A stretch of DNA of 59,395 nt, filler included, from Platydemus manokwari (GCA_037951405.1; 4 parts of 4 records of this genome joined end to end with filler, not necessarily neighbours in it); one strand, 5' to 3'. Positions 1 to 13,721 are shown, numbered from the whole stretch's first letter. A program made the numbers and translations. Notes: generated from the sequence alone by a model not told the origin.

Positions 1-360
1 TGAACTTGATTTGTTAGTTAATTTAGAATTTAAGAAAATTTTATCTCCAGATGAACTGGGTTCAGTCCAGAGCAAATGTGTAATTTGGATAAAATATTGA
101 TTTAATTATAAAATTAGGGCCACCAGAACAACAGATTCGAGTTGTTGGTGGAGGTTAAGTGGTATTAAAATTTAACTCCGAATTACTGATAGTAAATGAG
201 CAAATTGGTTAATATAAGTTACAATAACACATATTCAATTGATATCAAAAATATATAAAGATACTTAAAAAATTGAACGTATTTAAATTAATAGTTAATT
301 TATAAGAGATTATAATGAGTTTTCTTTACTAGAAAAGTATTATCACGTAATAAGGCTTAC

Positions 361-500
361 TATTTTTCTGAAGAAATACTCTTGAATAAAACGTCGTCTT
401 TCTGAAGGATTACTTCTTGCTCAAAAATATTTTTCTGAAGAAATACGCTTGAATAGAACGTCGATTTTCTGAAGAATTACTTCTCGCACTAAAATATTTT
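361..500. repeat. Tandem duplication, ~67-bp unit x2
   Basis: tatttttctgaagaaatac(t/g)cttgaata(a/g)aacgtcg...ttctgaag(g/a)attacttct occurs twice in tandem. Confidence 0.8.
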
Positions 501-519
501 TCTCTTCGTGTATATATAA

Positions 520-680
520 TGATCTAATTGCTTAGTCTGAAGATAATTCGCTTCCTTGATTTGACAGTAATGATTACTGGTTGACTTATTTTTCGCAATA
601 ATAGTTGGAATTGCTTCCTTAATCTGATAGTCTAATTGCTTGGTTTTGAGATAATTCGCTTCCTTGATTTGACACAATAA
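520..680. repeat. Direct repeat of a ~43-bp block, copies ~108 bp apart
   Basis: tctaattgctt...gataattcgcttccttgatttgaca at ~523 and ~632; explains the repeated CQIKEANYL in ORF 489..731. Confidence 0.75.
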
Positions 681-1000
681 GGATTGATTTGATTTTCTAC
701 TAGTTGCAAGATTCGCTTTCTTGTTAGACAAATTCTGGTTTCTTTAATTTTTTCACTTGTTTTTATACTTTTTCCTTTATGAATTCATTTTTCGTAGTTT
801 ATTTTTGTTGTTTTTTATTTCTATTTTTAAATTAATTTTCCATTTATTTGTTTTTTATTTCTATTTTTAAATTAATTTTTCATTGATTCATTTATTAATT
901 ACCATTTTTAGATCTGATTTTATTTCTAGACTAATTTATATAATTTAAATTTATTTTTAGAATAATGATTAATCCTTGATGTTTTCCATTAAAAATTATT

Positions 1001-1095
1001 ATGTTATATCATGTTATATCCATGTATTGTATTAATTATCATGTTATATCATGTTATATCCATGTATTAATTATCATGTTATATCATGTTATATC
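1001..1095. repeat. Minisatellite (ATGTTATATC)n
   Basis: Six copies of atgttatatc in three pairs separated by short AT spacers. Confidence 0.85.
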
Positions 1096-2048
1096 CCAAC
1101 AATATATTCACTAAGGTGTATTTGTTTTGGCAGATTTACCATTCATATGTGCAATTAATGTTTTATTTATCAAGACTATAATGTTTATCGTCGAGATATA
1201 TTGCTCTAAGCATTCGATAAATTTCAGCCGGCATTTTCTTTTCAAAATGATTAAGAGAGATTTTTTCAACTTTTCCATTGCTGTTACATTATTTTTTCTC
1301 TGGTTAAATAATTTTTGATTTTTCAAATTGGATATTAAAATTATTTTCCTTTTCCTACATTGATAATCATTTAGATTTTCAATTTTCACCTACATGTTAA
1401 TAATTATTTTATTTTACTTTGCTCACAAGACACATTTTAATTTTAATTTTAATTTTAATTTTTTTATAGGGTATTTATCAATGCAATATTTTAACATTTT
1501 TAAATAAATCTAATTTCCTCATTAGGAAGGAATATTTTTTTTTAAATATTAATAAAATCAAAATAATCAGAAAAAATTTACACAAATAAAGTCAATAATT
1601 TTCAAATTAAATCAATACAAGAATAATAAAACCAAACTTCATAAAAATGTCTAAGTTATTGTCAGAGATTGAAATAAAACAATAGTTGTTCAGATATCTT
1701 TATCCGTCTTCCAGGTTGTCTGCTACTGGAATTTCGAGTTGGTTGAGATCTGGTAGTTTGGCTGAATACAATTGAATATATGAATTGGTATTGGTTTGAA
1801 ATTTGATTTAAATTGTGAGTTATCTTGCTGCTAAAACAGATTATGTGATCTTAACGAAAATAGGATACTGGTTAAAGTAATTACTTGATGGAAGTTCGAT
1901 AATCTTCGTCTGCTATAATAAAAAAAAACTGTTTCTTTCATTTGTTGCTGATTGAATATTTAATTTAATTAAATTTTTAAAGATGTAATTCAGATTTTAT
2001 ATAAAATTATATTAATTGCATAAAATTATATAATTGCATTATAATTTT

Positions 2049-2100
2049 GTGCCACCACTTTTCAGTTCATTTTCAACGGGCGTTTTATAAAATAGTAGCG
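2049..2100 (+). repeat. Dispersed repeat family A, copy 1 (conserved core)
   Basis: acttttcagttc..ttttc....aaaatagtagcg core shared with 6140-6192 (+), 16009-16140 (-) and the split copy 13867-13903/14508-14600 (-). Confidence 0.7.
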
Positions 2101-3212
2101 ATTTACAGCTCTAAATATAAGCTAAGATTATTTTGGAGTTGAATGTGTTATGTTATGAGTCATGAAGATCACCGGTGAAACAGATTTGTGGTGTAGAAAT
2201 GGGAATTTTGAAACATTTTTGTATAAGTCATCACTCCTCACAGTCGCCAAAACATATTGTTAGATATAAGCAGATGAGGACATAAAGATATATACATACA
2301 TATAAACATACAAATAAATAAAAAATCGCAAAAGACGTGGAAGCAAAAAAAATTATAATACTATAGCAAATGACTAACTTCACAAAAACAAAACAAATAA
2401 CAAGGTTTTTTCAACAAAAATCATAACAGAAAAAGATAAAAATAAGAAGTTAACAAAGAAAGCCAAGGAACAAAGAGTGACCGACAAAAACATTAAAATC
2501 ATATATAAACAAGCATTTTAAAGCAGTAAAAAAAACACCCCTACAAAATTTGGTCCAAAAATTCGACAAGAATATTTCAGGCACAAAGAATTATCTTCAC
2601 AAGCTCTGATGCGCGCAACCTATACTCGTCATTCACTAAGAGGATTGTAAGTCTCAGTTATTATTCTCAAGCAGAATTATTACTCGAACTCAATTTCGCA
2701 AAGCAAGATTAATCAACTAAGAAACTTAGTGTTAAAGATTATAGGTGGTTTTAAATAAATATAAGTTTAAAATTATAAATGTACAATTTGTAAAAAGATA
2801 TTAATGGATGTGTCTAATTATCAGAATGATTTTCAATATAATCTATAATAAGGCTTAGCTATCACTCTAAAATCTTCAACTTATCTGAACTCCAAACAGA
2901 TAGAGGCTGTTGCTGCTTCTACGCTCGGATAAAATAATAAAGATAATATTTAAAATATAAATGATAACAAAATAAAATATAGCTAATAAAGGCAAAATAA
3001 CAAAATAAAATATATTGATCAACAAATGAATAAATAATAATTTGAACACAATGATTTTATAAAACTTCAAGATAGGTGTTCACTATTGTGGAAGCAAAAG
3101 AGTAGTCAAGTGACAGTAAAGGGCATGCGCTTTTGTGCCCGAGCTAGCGTCTCCATAAAAAAATGAAAGTGGGGAGCTTTTTAAGAATCGCCAAAAAATT
3201 TAAACGACCATA

Positions 3213-3238
3213 CGGCTAAGACTAGCCTTGGGTCTAGT
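3213..3238 (+). mobile_element. Possible Helitron 3' terminus
   Basis: Short hairpin ggcta-agac-tagcc followed by CTAG|T at 3234-3238; no 5' end identified. Confidence 0.3.
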
Positions 3239-4187
3239 TTTAATTAAAATAACAAATTTATTCATTGAATGCAAAATAAAATACCTTCAGATAAAATATT
3301 TTCGGGAATAAACTTCTTCAGAATATATCAATAACAAGCTTCGTCGAAATTGTCATACAATTGTGCTTGTCGATAAAGTGCGTCGTGATAGTGCGTAGAA
3401 TGATTGTTACTATCAGTATTTAAACTGTTTTGCATGTTGGTATGAGTCATGCACCTGTTGCTATTTTTGGTAACATTCTATGGTTGGTAGCATATGTTAC
3501 TATTTTTAGTTTTAGTGTCTATTATTAGCAACTACTGTTGTTTTCTCGATTTTCCATACATTGTAAGTTCTATTTTTAGATTTCAATGCGATTTCTCTAA
3601 TGACCTCAGTGTCCATTAATTTTAATGCAGTAAAATAACTTTAAAATTTTTATGCTATATTTTTAATTTTTAGTATTGTTATTTTCCTAATTTGTGACTT
3701 ATTTTAAAAACAATTTATATTAATTTATATTTATTTTTAGTTCTTTTGGTTGGATCGAAAGGCCCGATTGGTTCCCCACATAAGGAGAGAAAACCTAGCA
3801 GGCACTGAAGGAATGGCGTAAGTCACTGAGTTTTGTATTTAAATCATAAACCTAGTTATTGGAAAACAACCCCAGTTAAATGAGAAAATTTAAAAATTTT
3901 CAGTGACAAATGTTAAAATATCTATATATGACTTTTACCATTTCTGAAACGAATTTCATTATAAAATGTACAGGGTAGGTTTACAGTTATTAAACTACTT
4001 TTTATGTGGTTGTAGTTACTTGCTTAGTAATACCAACATAAATAAATGTTGAAAGAGGATATTTTGAGCATCTGAGAGATTAAATTGCTTATGTTAACAG
4101 ATATAACGAATTTCTGCAGTTCTGGTGTCGAATTTTTAAATTAATAGTCTACGCGATAACTGTAAACGTGCTTTCGGGCTACTCTGT

Positions 4188-4500
4188 ACAAAAACCAATA
4201 AGCCCAATAGAAACATAGAAAAGATCAAATTAAAATATGATACAAACGTGACACAAAAATTACACACGGATCTCGAGTATAAATACCGATGTAAAGATGG
4301 CTAACTGCCTGTTGAAAGCCAAGTTTTGGTTACGTTTTTGAAAAATTGTTTCAAATTTGTGAGTCGTACTAAGTAGTACGCATGTAGTTCAAAGCGAGGT
4401 TTTAATTATAAATTTGTGATAGTTCATGATATTTGGAAATTAAGCTACAACTTTCAACTTTTGGAGTCAGTCAGAATCAAGACCACAACACAATATTAGA
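4188..4500 (+). repeat. Dispersed repeat family B, copy 1
   Basis: aaaaccaata...caatagaaacatagaaaag...gatctcgagt.taaatac..atgtaa.gatggc.aactg...gttttggttacgtt matches the reverse complement of ~22540-22850. Confidence 0.85.
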
Positions 4501-4801
4501 TAGGTTTTTGGATTACTTACACAATGTTGGTTTTAAAATAGTAAGAGCCATATTAGGAATGATAGGGTGAGCTACTTTTTATTGGACCAATTAATCTTAA
4601 ATTATTATCGAGTAAATCTCATTTATTATTTTTCGAGCAATCCCCAATTCTTTTATATTAAGAAAGATTGTATCAGAAAACTGCAAAAACCAAAAAGTGA
4701 TTATGTTTTATATGACATCAAATTTTAAGTGAGATTCCATTTTGAAAATAAAACACCTCCATAGTTTTGTGAATAATGTGATAGATTAATTTAATATTCA
4801 G

Positions 4802-5974
4802 GTCACTTGGATTGATAGATATAAAGGCAAAATGATCATTTTTCCTCATTACGAGCCTCAACAAATATCTGGATGGGACATAAGCTGCCATTTTGGATTA
4901 AAAATTGATGATATTATTGACCAGTCGGCATTCACAATAGAAGAGTCGAATAACTTAGACGATGGAAAAATTGAATTGTGGGATGATACTGAAGATGACT
5001 GTTTCAATGAACGGGATTCCTCATTGATTCTATTATCAGATAACGCTGATCAAGAAATCGATAAAGCACTATTGTTAGGTTGCCTTTCACTTTTAAAGGT
5101 TGATGATAAGCAAGCTAAATACGGTGGATATCACTTGTTTAATCCAGCCGGTGCCTGCTATAAAATGGATGTCGCAGATAAGTATGACAGTTTACAGGTA
5201 GGATACGTAATAAGAAAAATGTCATTTCAGGAAATTACAAAAGATTCTCTCCTATTTTAAAGCCAAATTTCCAGATGAAGTCTTTATAGCATACGACAGA
5301 ACTATCGAATATAATATGCGTACTAGTATATATTGGACCTATGGCGAATTGATCTTAAGAAAATTGGGTATTGAACGAGATTCCTTACTTACATTATTTT
5401 GCACTGGTGAACAAAGAGCGCTTGATATCCCTTGCCATCCTTCTGTATTTGATTGGGTACCTGTGATAGGACAATGGGCTCAGGTCTATTTAGTAATACT
5501 CAAATTACTCGGCACATCACATCGATCTTATTTAATGAGCCTCAATCCCAGCAAGCCTGTTTTAATGCTTCCTTGGGGAGAGCAATTGTCAGTGCAATAT
5601 GTTGCAGCATTATCAATTCAACCATATCTGGCGGGTGAACTCACCCCACTTATGAAAGTAAATTAAATAATTATAAATTCTTGTGATTGACTTACTTGTA
5701 TTTGGTCTACTAAGAACTGCTGGAGATTGCAATATTTGGCCAAAGACATTGAAGCCCACTGCTCTTATTATAAGAGTCAGATCCCAGTGCTATTTTATTC
5801 GATTTTTGACTACTATGATAGAGCATTGACACTCAGTCTCAATGGGATTCTGCGAAACAAAATCAAAAGTCTCATCACATCGATTGAAAAAAATTGCAGC
5901 GATTATTTTGTGAGTTTTAGCGATATAATTTTATTAATTGATAAATAAATTCCAAAATTTAGCCTCAGTATTGA
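4802..5974 (+). CDS. Unassigned multi-exon protein, >=337 aa, 5' end incomplete
   Basis: Exons 4802-5181, 5231-5657, 5715-5909, 5963-5974 join in frame through GT-AG introns of 49, 57 and 53 bp, uniting ORFs 4832, 5316 and 5727 (VTWIDRYKGKMIIFPHY...FNPAGACY...FCTGEQRALDIPCHPSVFDWVPVIGQWAQ...DYFPQY*). Family not recognised. Confidence 0.75.
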
Positions 5975-6139
5975 TTGATAAGATTTTTCACCTTTCAATG
6001 AGAATTAGTGCAATGTAGGAACTTTTAAAGAAAACATTGTGTGAGAATTTTTCAATGAATTAAAAATTTTAGGAGATTTCATTCAAATTTTATATATAAT
6101 TATATTTATTTATAAAATTGTATTTAAATATTTAATTTG

Positions 6140-6192
6140 GTGTCGTGACTTTTCAGTTCGTTTTCGATGCCTACTTTTTAAAATAGTAGCGG
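6140..6192 (+). repeat. Dispersed repeat family A, copy 2
   Basis: gtgtcgtgacttttcagttcgttttcg...aaaatagtagcgg. Confidence 0.7.
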
Positions 6193-8559
6193 CATAAGTG
6201 GATCAAATTAAGATGTTTAGTGGTCTGTCAATTCATCAAAAAGAGTTGGGTTTCTAGATACGCTTATCAGTTAGAAGAGCTTAAATTAAATTTTATATTT
6301 TTCATTTTATAAAATGCGGAATTCGAATTTGTTAGGATTGTGGGGGTCTTTGAGCGAATTAAGCCATTCAAATGATAACATTTGCTTAGCAATATCGGAT
6401 TGGACCTAAAATTGATACAAATTATCACTCACTACTGGGTTATGGTTACAATCAGATCCTTCATTAAAATAATTCAATATCCGCCGACATTTATATATAA
6501 ACCACTCGATTATTATGAGACAAATGCCAGCATCTTCTTATATTTCATATTTTGTGCATTCGAATTAGATGTTGATGATGTTGGTGGGATGGAAATGAAA
6601 TGACCGAATAATTAATAAAATGGTAAAATAATTTGTGTTTCGAAAATTAAGAGCGTGAAATCGAATTGAAATGAGGTGAGGATCAGGTTCTCATCAAATG
6701 GGTCACCTCATTGATAATAGGAATTGTTGATCTATCTTGATCGTTAATAGATTATTGATTTTCATCAATCTTCCGAAAATTACCCGATTAATTAGGTATG
6801 AATAAATAAATTTTCGACTTTAAATATGCTCTGTTGATGGTCATCATCAGATAATCATCCATTAACTTCACTGTCTATGGTGTCTTGTTTCATGGTTATA
6901 TTTTATTTATTTCTGTCTCGTGAAAATTTTGCATTTCCTCATTGAGCCTTTCTTTGTTTAATTGAATCCGTAAGTGTCTCGAGAATTGTGATTCCGTGAA
7001 GAATATCTTTATTGATTTTCTTGATTTGGATTTCTTATGCTCCGTGAAATTGTGCCTCATTTTCTTCTGCTTTACTAGCTTTATTTGGGTATTTTTTGTT
7101 AGATAATTTTATTTCTCTTTTGTGAGTTTTCCTATTCTAGAGTCCACAATCAATGACATCCTGCAAAATTCCTACTCTTTTTCCCATCTAATTATGCTCG
7201 AGTCGTTAGTGTTTTGTACATTTATTATGGGTACTTGATTCCTGGTGATCTTGGGTTTACGTGTTGATGTCATCTTTATTGAAATGGTAGGCTACTCTTA
7301 GACTGGTTTTGTAATTTGCCAGACCAAATATTTGACCTTTGATTTAGTTACTATTCCCATCAATGGCCAATGAGCCATTCTGCTAATAATATTAATAGGT
7401 GGATTGATTCTGCTAAATGCTCAACTGGTTCTTGAATCTTCGTCGAAATAGATTCCAGGTACCAGCGAGTAGTACTTGAGAGGGTCGTACTGCTGCCATT
7501 ACATGAATTAATGTTTTAGTTCTCATATATTTAAAGTACTCACTGTATTACCACAGAAGTTTTATGTGAACATATTTATCTTTGTTCGTTTTTTATATTT
7601 TTAGATCGATATTTTTGTGTTTATAATCTTTCGTAGCTAAATCTTATAAAACTTGACCATTTGTACAAGAATTATACTTTGTTTATCTTGAGTTATAAAT
7701 CTTGAACATATATTTTATAGTCTGAGATATTGATATTAATTTAAGCACTTCAATCATGGTGGAACACAAATTCAAACAAATCAATAAAGGCGATAATTTA
7801 AATAAAATAAATTTATACAAATAATAAAGAAGCAAATTAAACTTTCAAGTCAAATTTTTCGATTGTCTTTTTGGAAAAATATTTTTCTCAATGTCTATTC
7901 CGTAGAGATACTGGAAATATAGAGATAAATAGCAGGTATATGTGCGAGATACACATATCTATATATCAGATGATGAAATATACAATCGGGATTGAATTAT
8001 TGTATCAACGGAAATTCGTGTCTATCAATTATCTTTCACACAGAAATGAGGACGACATAATTCTTAATTGTTTGTTATAAATAAGCCTATTTCGATTGAT
8101 TTATCGGGGAAGCTTTCGTCTAAAAAAACGTTGAAAATAATATTTGAAGAGTCCTGCCGATTATTTATTGTTTCCTTGCATAATAATAATAAACCAGTAA
8201 ATAATCTAAAAATAATATCTGTTGATCCTGTGATTTTTATGATTTTTCAGTGATATTTTTGAAATTGTTTTGATTTGATGAAGTCTGGTTTATAAGGATC
8301 TTCATATTTCATTTTATAATTGAACTGATTAGATTCTCATGATTAGATTCTCACAACAATTTCAGACAAAATGGCTTTGATTTTGAATAGATTTTCCGAA
8401 TTGAATCAAGCCAGCTATTTCAACATTTATTTTACTACTCTAGCGTTCCATTTGGAAGAAAATTGTCGAAAATATTTTTTAAATTGTTAAGATTTATAAA
8501 GAAACTTAATTATAAGTTTACTTTGAAAGTGGGAGAGTTTAAAACAGATATCGATTATA

Positions 8560-9720
8560 CTATGCTGTAGGACTTTAAAATATAACAGCATTATTTTTTT
8601 ATTATTAGAGCAGTTCGATTAGGTCACATAATGATTATCCAATCGAATTAAATCAAGTCAGAAAGATTGCCAGTAGCAACCCGACTATTCATTCACAATC
8701 TACTCTTTTAATGTTTATTTTGATTTATTTTTTCAGCGAGCTTTAGAATTTTTAAGAATTGATAAAGTTACTGCATCGATTCTGAAAATCTCTTAAAATT
8801 CCATTTTTAGTAATGAAATTTTATTTCAGTATTTTAATTGGGTTAGTAAACCTACCGTATTATCAGATACCGATATTTTTTTTAATTTACTAAAAGAAAA
8901 ACTCTTAAATATTCAGATTAAAAACAAAATGGACTCCATTCACAAATGGCTAAAATGTCAGGAGAATATTTTACTGAAATATTATATTAAGATTACTTAG
9001 CAGCGTATTCATTAAACTTGATTAACTAAAGAATTACTTCCCATTGATGAATTAATTTAATTAAATCTTTTCAGTTTATTTTATTGGTTGAAACGCTGTC
9101 AATCATTTTTTTTTATATTTAACTCAACTCTTCAAAGAAAATTTATCTGAATTATTTCTTATTTGATTTTAAAGTAAAAGTGATCTTCACACGCTTTATT
9201 AATAAGAGATATTATCAAGAAAATTTATTTTTACAGTAGATTTTCATGTGACATTTTATCATCCAGTTGTTGTTATCGCTTTATTAGATCTTCAATCAGC
9301 TTTCATTCGATTATAGCCATTCGATTTCAAGCCACTTGAAAATTACCTAAATAAACTATTTCAAACATAAACCCCGCCTTGTCGGAGTGCCTGAATTTTT
9401 TATTTTCAGATGATAGTGAAAGAATAAAGTGCGTTTTAACAGGAAAGTTTAGAAAAACCGTCGGAAAGAGTTGTTTGTCTTTTATTTTGATTCTAAGCAT
9501 CATGAAAAGAATTTCTTCAAGATTTTCTGATGGAATTTTAAATTCTTTTGAATTTCTGTTGAAATCCATCATCAATTTTTTATGAAGCATTTTAGATAAT
9601 TCATGGAATAAATGAAAGGGTGTGGGGGGTGTCAACAACAATTCCACTATCGTCGAAATACATGCTTTGAACTCCATCAGACAAACAGCCCTCCAAGATG
9701 TAATGTTCAGGTTATTTCGA
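8560..9720 (+). mobile_element. Possible highly degenerate P-element/THAP9-like transposase remnant
   Basis: KGVGGVNNNSTIVE near 9615-9660 resembles the GGxNxNP motif of P-type transposases; many stops; boundaries approximate. Confidence 0.3.
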
Positions 9721-9904
9721 AACATCTATTAAGAGATATCAATTCAAAATATTTTCTAAAACATGAACTCGGACCCACTATTCAGCTTTGAAATCCCATA
9801 AAAATCAACACAAACATACACAATTGAAGTACATATTCTTATCAAAAAGGAATTTTTTAATATTTATTAAGAATTTTTATCATTTGGTTCTTATAAGGGT
9901 GATG

Positions 9905-9919
9905 TTATTATTATTATTG

Positions 9920-9998
<79 letters not shown>
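9905..9998. repeat. (TTA)n microsatellite
   Basis: About 30 TTA units read directly. Confidence 0.98.
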
Positions 9999-9999
<1 letters not shown>

Positions 10000-10199
10000 A
10001 AAAAGACTAAAATTTGAAAGATATAAAGCCAGAGCTTTTTCATATAATTTTAATTTATCAGTTTTGGAGAAAATTGAAAAAGATCAAACTGAGATAAGAT
10101 AACACCTGGTGAATCAGTGAATTTGTTAAATGCTTGGATTATTTTTGAAAGAAGTCCCCTTCTGTAAGGCTTTTCTTAGGTTTCTTTCGAATACCGACT

Positions 10200-11330
10200 G
10201 TGCATACGTCTTCTTGATGACCTTCATCGGTTTACCTTCTTTAGCACCTTGGTGCTGAGTTAATCACTGTAAACAAAATGCTTTACCTATCCTTGAGAGT
10301 CCATTCGCATTTCCATGATGTGTTCCCTTCCGATACTAAAGTTCGAAATTGAATCCGGATAAGTTTGCAAAACTAAGGGCTAATCGGTTTGTTTGTTTTT
10401 CTCGTGTATGTCAAGACCTTGTGATCAGTACGAGTCACCTATTGCGTTCACTGTGGATAATGCTTATATTATATTGGATTGTCAAAAGTTCATTTCTCGT
10501 GACACAATAACTTTTTAATGACTGTTAAGAGTTTTATAAGTTTAGACTACTACTTTCTCTTTTCCAGTGTTATCCAACTGGCTTAGGAGGGCGTAAATCC
10601 CTCTGAAAGTTACATCAGTATCCAAAAATCATCGCTTTGTTTCAATTCAGAAAGGCCAAAGTCAGAGCCGTGCACAATTATTCCTTTAAGTTTACAAAAC
10701 ATTTCTCACAGTCTGTAGTCCACTTTAATTTCTTGTTACTTCCGGTTATCATAGCATTTTACGAAGCCGTAATCAATGCTTAATCTTTGATAAATACTCT
10801 GCAATAATAGCTTAATCCTAAGAACGACCTGTTATGCAGCAAGAATTTATTACTATTTTTATCTTTTTTTTACCTTGTCGTTATTAGTTTCTATAACTTA
10901 AGCACTAACCATATGACCCAAGAAATTCAATATTCTAGTGCCAAAAGCACATTTATTAGTATTGATTTTCACACCTGATGATTTAATCAAAGTGAATACC
11001 TTGTTGAGTTTCTTATTGTGCTCCTCTACTATTGTGTTATCAAATTATCTTGTAAAATTTAATAATATACATCAGCTTTTAAATGTACTTTTAATCCCAG
11101 AACCCTGTCTCTGCTTATATTTACTATTCCTATAGGTGATTTATCTTTCAGGAATGTTTTCTTGATTGAAAGAGACATTTGTTTATTTGATATCTCATTT
11201 ATATTTGATATTTGGAAAACTTTTAAATATTTATTATCAAATATCTGCACACACACAATCGATGACACAACAATGAAAACAATTGCTAGAGATAGCAGAG
11301 AGAATAATCTTATATTAATACGAGTCCCCC
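10200..11330 (-). mobile_element. Degenerate Ty3/gypsy pol (RT + RNase H)
   Basis: Minus-strand motifs in colinear order: SSIVCV, RDRVLGL, EEHNKKLNKVFTLIKSSGVKINTNKCAFG..LNFLGHMVS, FLDTD..GI, YCVTRK, TRTDHKVL, YRKG..HGNANGLSR; stops and frameshifts present. Confidence 0.85.
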
Positions 11331-11739
11331 ATATTAAATTTTTCATTTAACTTTTATTCAACAATTAATAGTAGTTTTCGTGCTACGAATTTAGTCGAAA
11401 ATAAAATAAACTAAATCGATAATGCCAAGGATAAGTCGATTGATTATATTATAAGAATTATATCATTATAGAGGTCAGTGTTAATATACATTTATATATA
11501 CGGGAATAAATAGATTGAAACGTCACCATTTACATCATGCGCGAAATTTAATTAAAACAAAAGTTCTAATCTGTCAGAATTCAATTCAAATTATCAGTTT
11601 AACATCAACATGGCAACAAGGTCAATTCCAATATATCATATCATGGTGGGAAATGCAGTCAACAAATGGAAGAAATCCAAACAAAAATGTATTTATATTT
11701 CAACACATTCGATAATCGCTACTCATCGTGTACACTGGC

Positions 11740-11786
11740 ACACACACACATACAAATATGCACACACATACAGACACACGCACACA
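11740..11786. repeat. Imperfect (CA)n microsatellite
   Basis: cacacacacaca tacaaatatg cacacacata cagacacacg cacaca. Confidence 0.85.
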
Positions 11787-12116
11787 ATTTGAGATAATCT
11801 TAAGAGAGCCGCTATCGTAAATGCCGCCAAGGAAATCAGCTGTCGATTAATGAAGATAAAAATAACCAAATTTGAAAATTCCACGCGGTATTCTTCATTG
11901 AGAGAGAATAAATTGTCAAAAAAAAGTAAATAAAAGCAGTAAAAATCAATAAAAATAAAATTGCACATATAACTACAAAAGAAAGAGAAAGCATGGATGT
12001 AAAATGAGTTTGCGGCATGTGTGTATGTGTGGCTGGTATGAAATGATCATCGATTAAGGTGCCTAATGAACACCGGACTGAAACGAAAATTGATTTGTTC
12101 AATAAATCTACTAGTT

Positions 12117-13170
12117 TTATGAAGCAATATTCGACTCCGTCATTCTGGCATAGGAATTGTTCTTTTCAATGTACAATCGAAGAAGGCGAGTCTTGATAAA
12201 ATCGATAAATGAAAGGAAATCATAAAATGAATTTCATATATGTTACCTTGCTACTGCTGAGTGCAGTCAAGTGTGACCAGATCAAGTCACCAATTCTCTT
12301 ATTAATTTCTACCAAACAGAAGATGCTCGCTTTTCTAATATGACTCTCATCATGCTCGGATGTCTAAAAAAATTTATCATGAATCCCTCCAACTATGATG
12401 ATCTCCATTTACCCGAATAAGACCAGGAATCATATTATCAAGAGATGACATCAGAAGTGGTTCCGGAACACTTTTCAATACTTCAAGAAGCATTTTTAAT
12501 GCTCCCAAATTCACACGGCAGTCATTATCATTCAGAACTTCAGACAGAACTTTGATACAGAGGTTTTGTGATAAGCTTTTGGCCATTATCTGGCTGCATT
12601 CTTCTGCCGCCCTGACCACCTAAAACAAGGAGAATTGCTTTATATCGTTAGAGGAATTATTAGTATTATTATTGCTATTTCTTCTGATCGTCAATTTTAA
12701 TGAGGTACCAGATAAAACTGTAAATATTTATTATCGCTTAACATTTGGCCGACAATATTGATTATAATGATTATTTATTGTGAAATTATTATTTTATTCA
12801 TTTATCACACACGATAATACCATTCAATCTGAAAATATTAACAACATATTTTTCGTCTCACCGTTTTATCAGAATCCTTATGACAATGCAAAATCTTCAA
12901 CACCGTCAAATGTGTAAAATCATCAAATCGATGTGCCATTGATTTTGTCAGTTCCTGCAATACTCTCAAAGTCAAAGTTCGTATTTCTGGCTGTATAAAA
13001 CACATTGATGAATATCAAAACAATGTTTATCCAATAATATTACATCATTATCTTTCACTGTATCGAGCAGTCTCATAAGTGTGGTTTTGAAAAATTCGTT
13101 CCAGTTTTCAACAGAATTCTCGCGAACTAAATTGATTAGTTTCATCAGACAAGCTTTTCTCTGTTCTGCT
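12117..13170 (-). CDS. CLASP: CLIP-associating protein (CLASP), last five exons (C-terminal CLIP-interacting HEAT-like domain), 5' part missing
   Basis: Exons 13170-13044, 12990-12862, 12619-12413, 12363-12247, 12191-12117 (introns 53, 242, 49, 55 bp, all GT-AG). They give AEQRKACL...WNEFFKTTLMRLLDTVKDND/PEIRTLTLRVLQE...HKDSDKT/VVRAAEE...NLGALKML...IPGLIR/..ESHIRKASIFCLV...SSSK/TRLLRLYIEK, colinear with the CLASP1/2 C-terminus. Confidence 0.93.
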
Positions 13171-13530
13171 CTGCAATCACAATCAATTTCATTAAAAACT
13201 CCAAAAGAATAGCGATAACAATTTTGATTATATATAAATAAACATGAAAGAAGAGTCAGAGGAAACGAAGAGAAATAATGCACACACACACACACTTATC
13301 TAATCATTAAGTGCCATAAATATTCCGCGTATTGATCGAGAAAATAATATCAACAATAGAGATTTTATTTTTAGATTAGTTGTAGATTCGGTTCGATAAA
13401 TAATCGATTTTTCAAATATTTGATCAATAATATCTGTTTTATTGATTTTCTGTAATTCACAATCGGGACAATGGAACTTGAAGTAATAAAGAACCTTTGT
13501 CTTTATTTCCAATATATCACATTACACCAT

Positions 13531-13616
13531 TTAATAATGATAATAATAAGGATAATAATAATGATAATAACAATAATAACAGTAATAATAATAGTAATAA
13601 TAATAATAATAATGAT
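13531..13616. repeat. Imperfect (AAT)n microsatellite at contig end
   Basis: Direct reading; abuts the N spacer. Confidence 0.95.
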
Positions 13617-13716
13617 NNNNNNNNNNNNNNNNNNNNNNNNNNNNNNNNNNNNNNNNNNNNTTAATTAATTAANNNNNNNNNNNNNNNNNNNNNNNNNNNN
13701 NNNNNNNNNNNNNNNN
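13617..13716. other. Artificial contig-joining spacer
   Basis: 44 N + TTAATTAATTAA (stops in all six frames) + 44 N. Confidence 0.98.
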
Positions 13717-13721
13717 AATTG

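Noticed and set aside
361-680. Spaced direct repeats resembling a CRISPR array
   Set aside because: Only two diverged copies per unit, no unique equal-length spacers, no cas genes, eukaryotic context
9788-10000. Poly-Leu ORF (also poly-Ile 13471/13719 and poly-Tyr 26785)
   Set aside because: Translations of ATT/TTA microsatellites
11059-11346. 95-aa ORF that looks like a type II membrane protein
   Set aside because: It is colinear with the decayed gypsy RT (SSIVCV, RDRVLGL, then EEH..LNKVF..KC.F..FLGH); the hydrophobicity is AT-driven decay
13300-13512. Candidate upstream CLASP exon
   Set aside because: No in-phase GT donor before the stop and no recognisable CLASP similarity
13661-13672. 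Recurring TTAATTAATTAA palindrome as a biological motif
   Set aside because: Always centred in 44+44 N; it is an assembly linker
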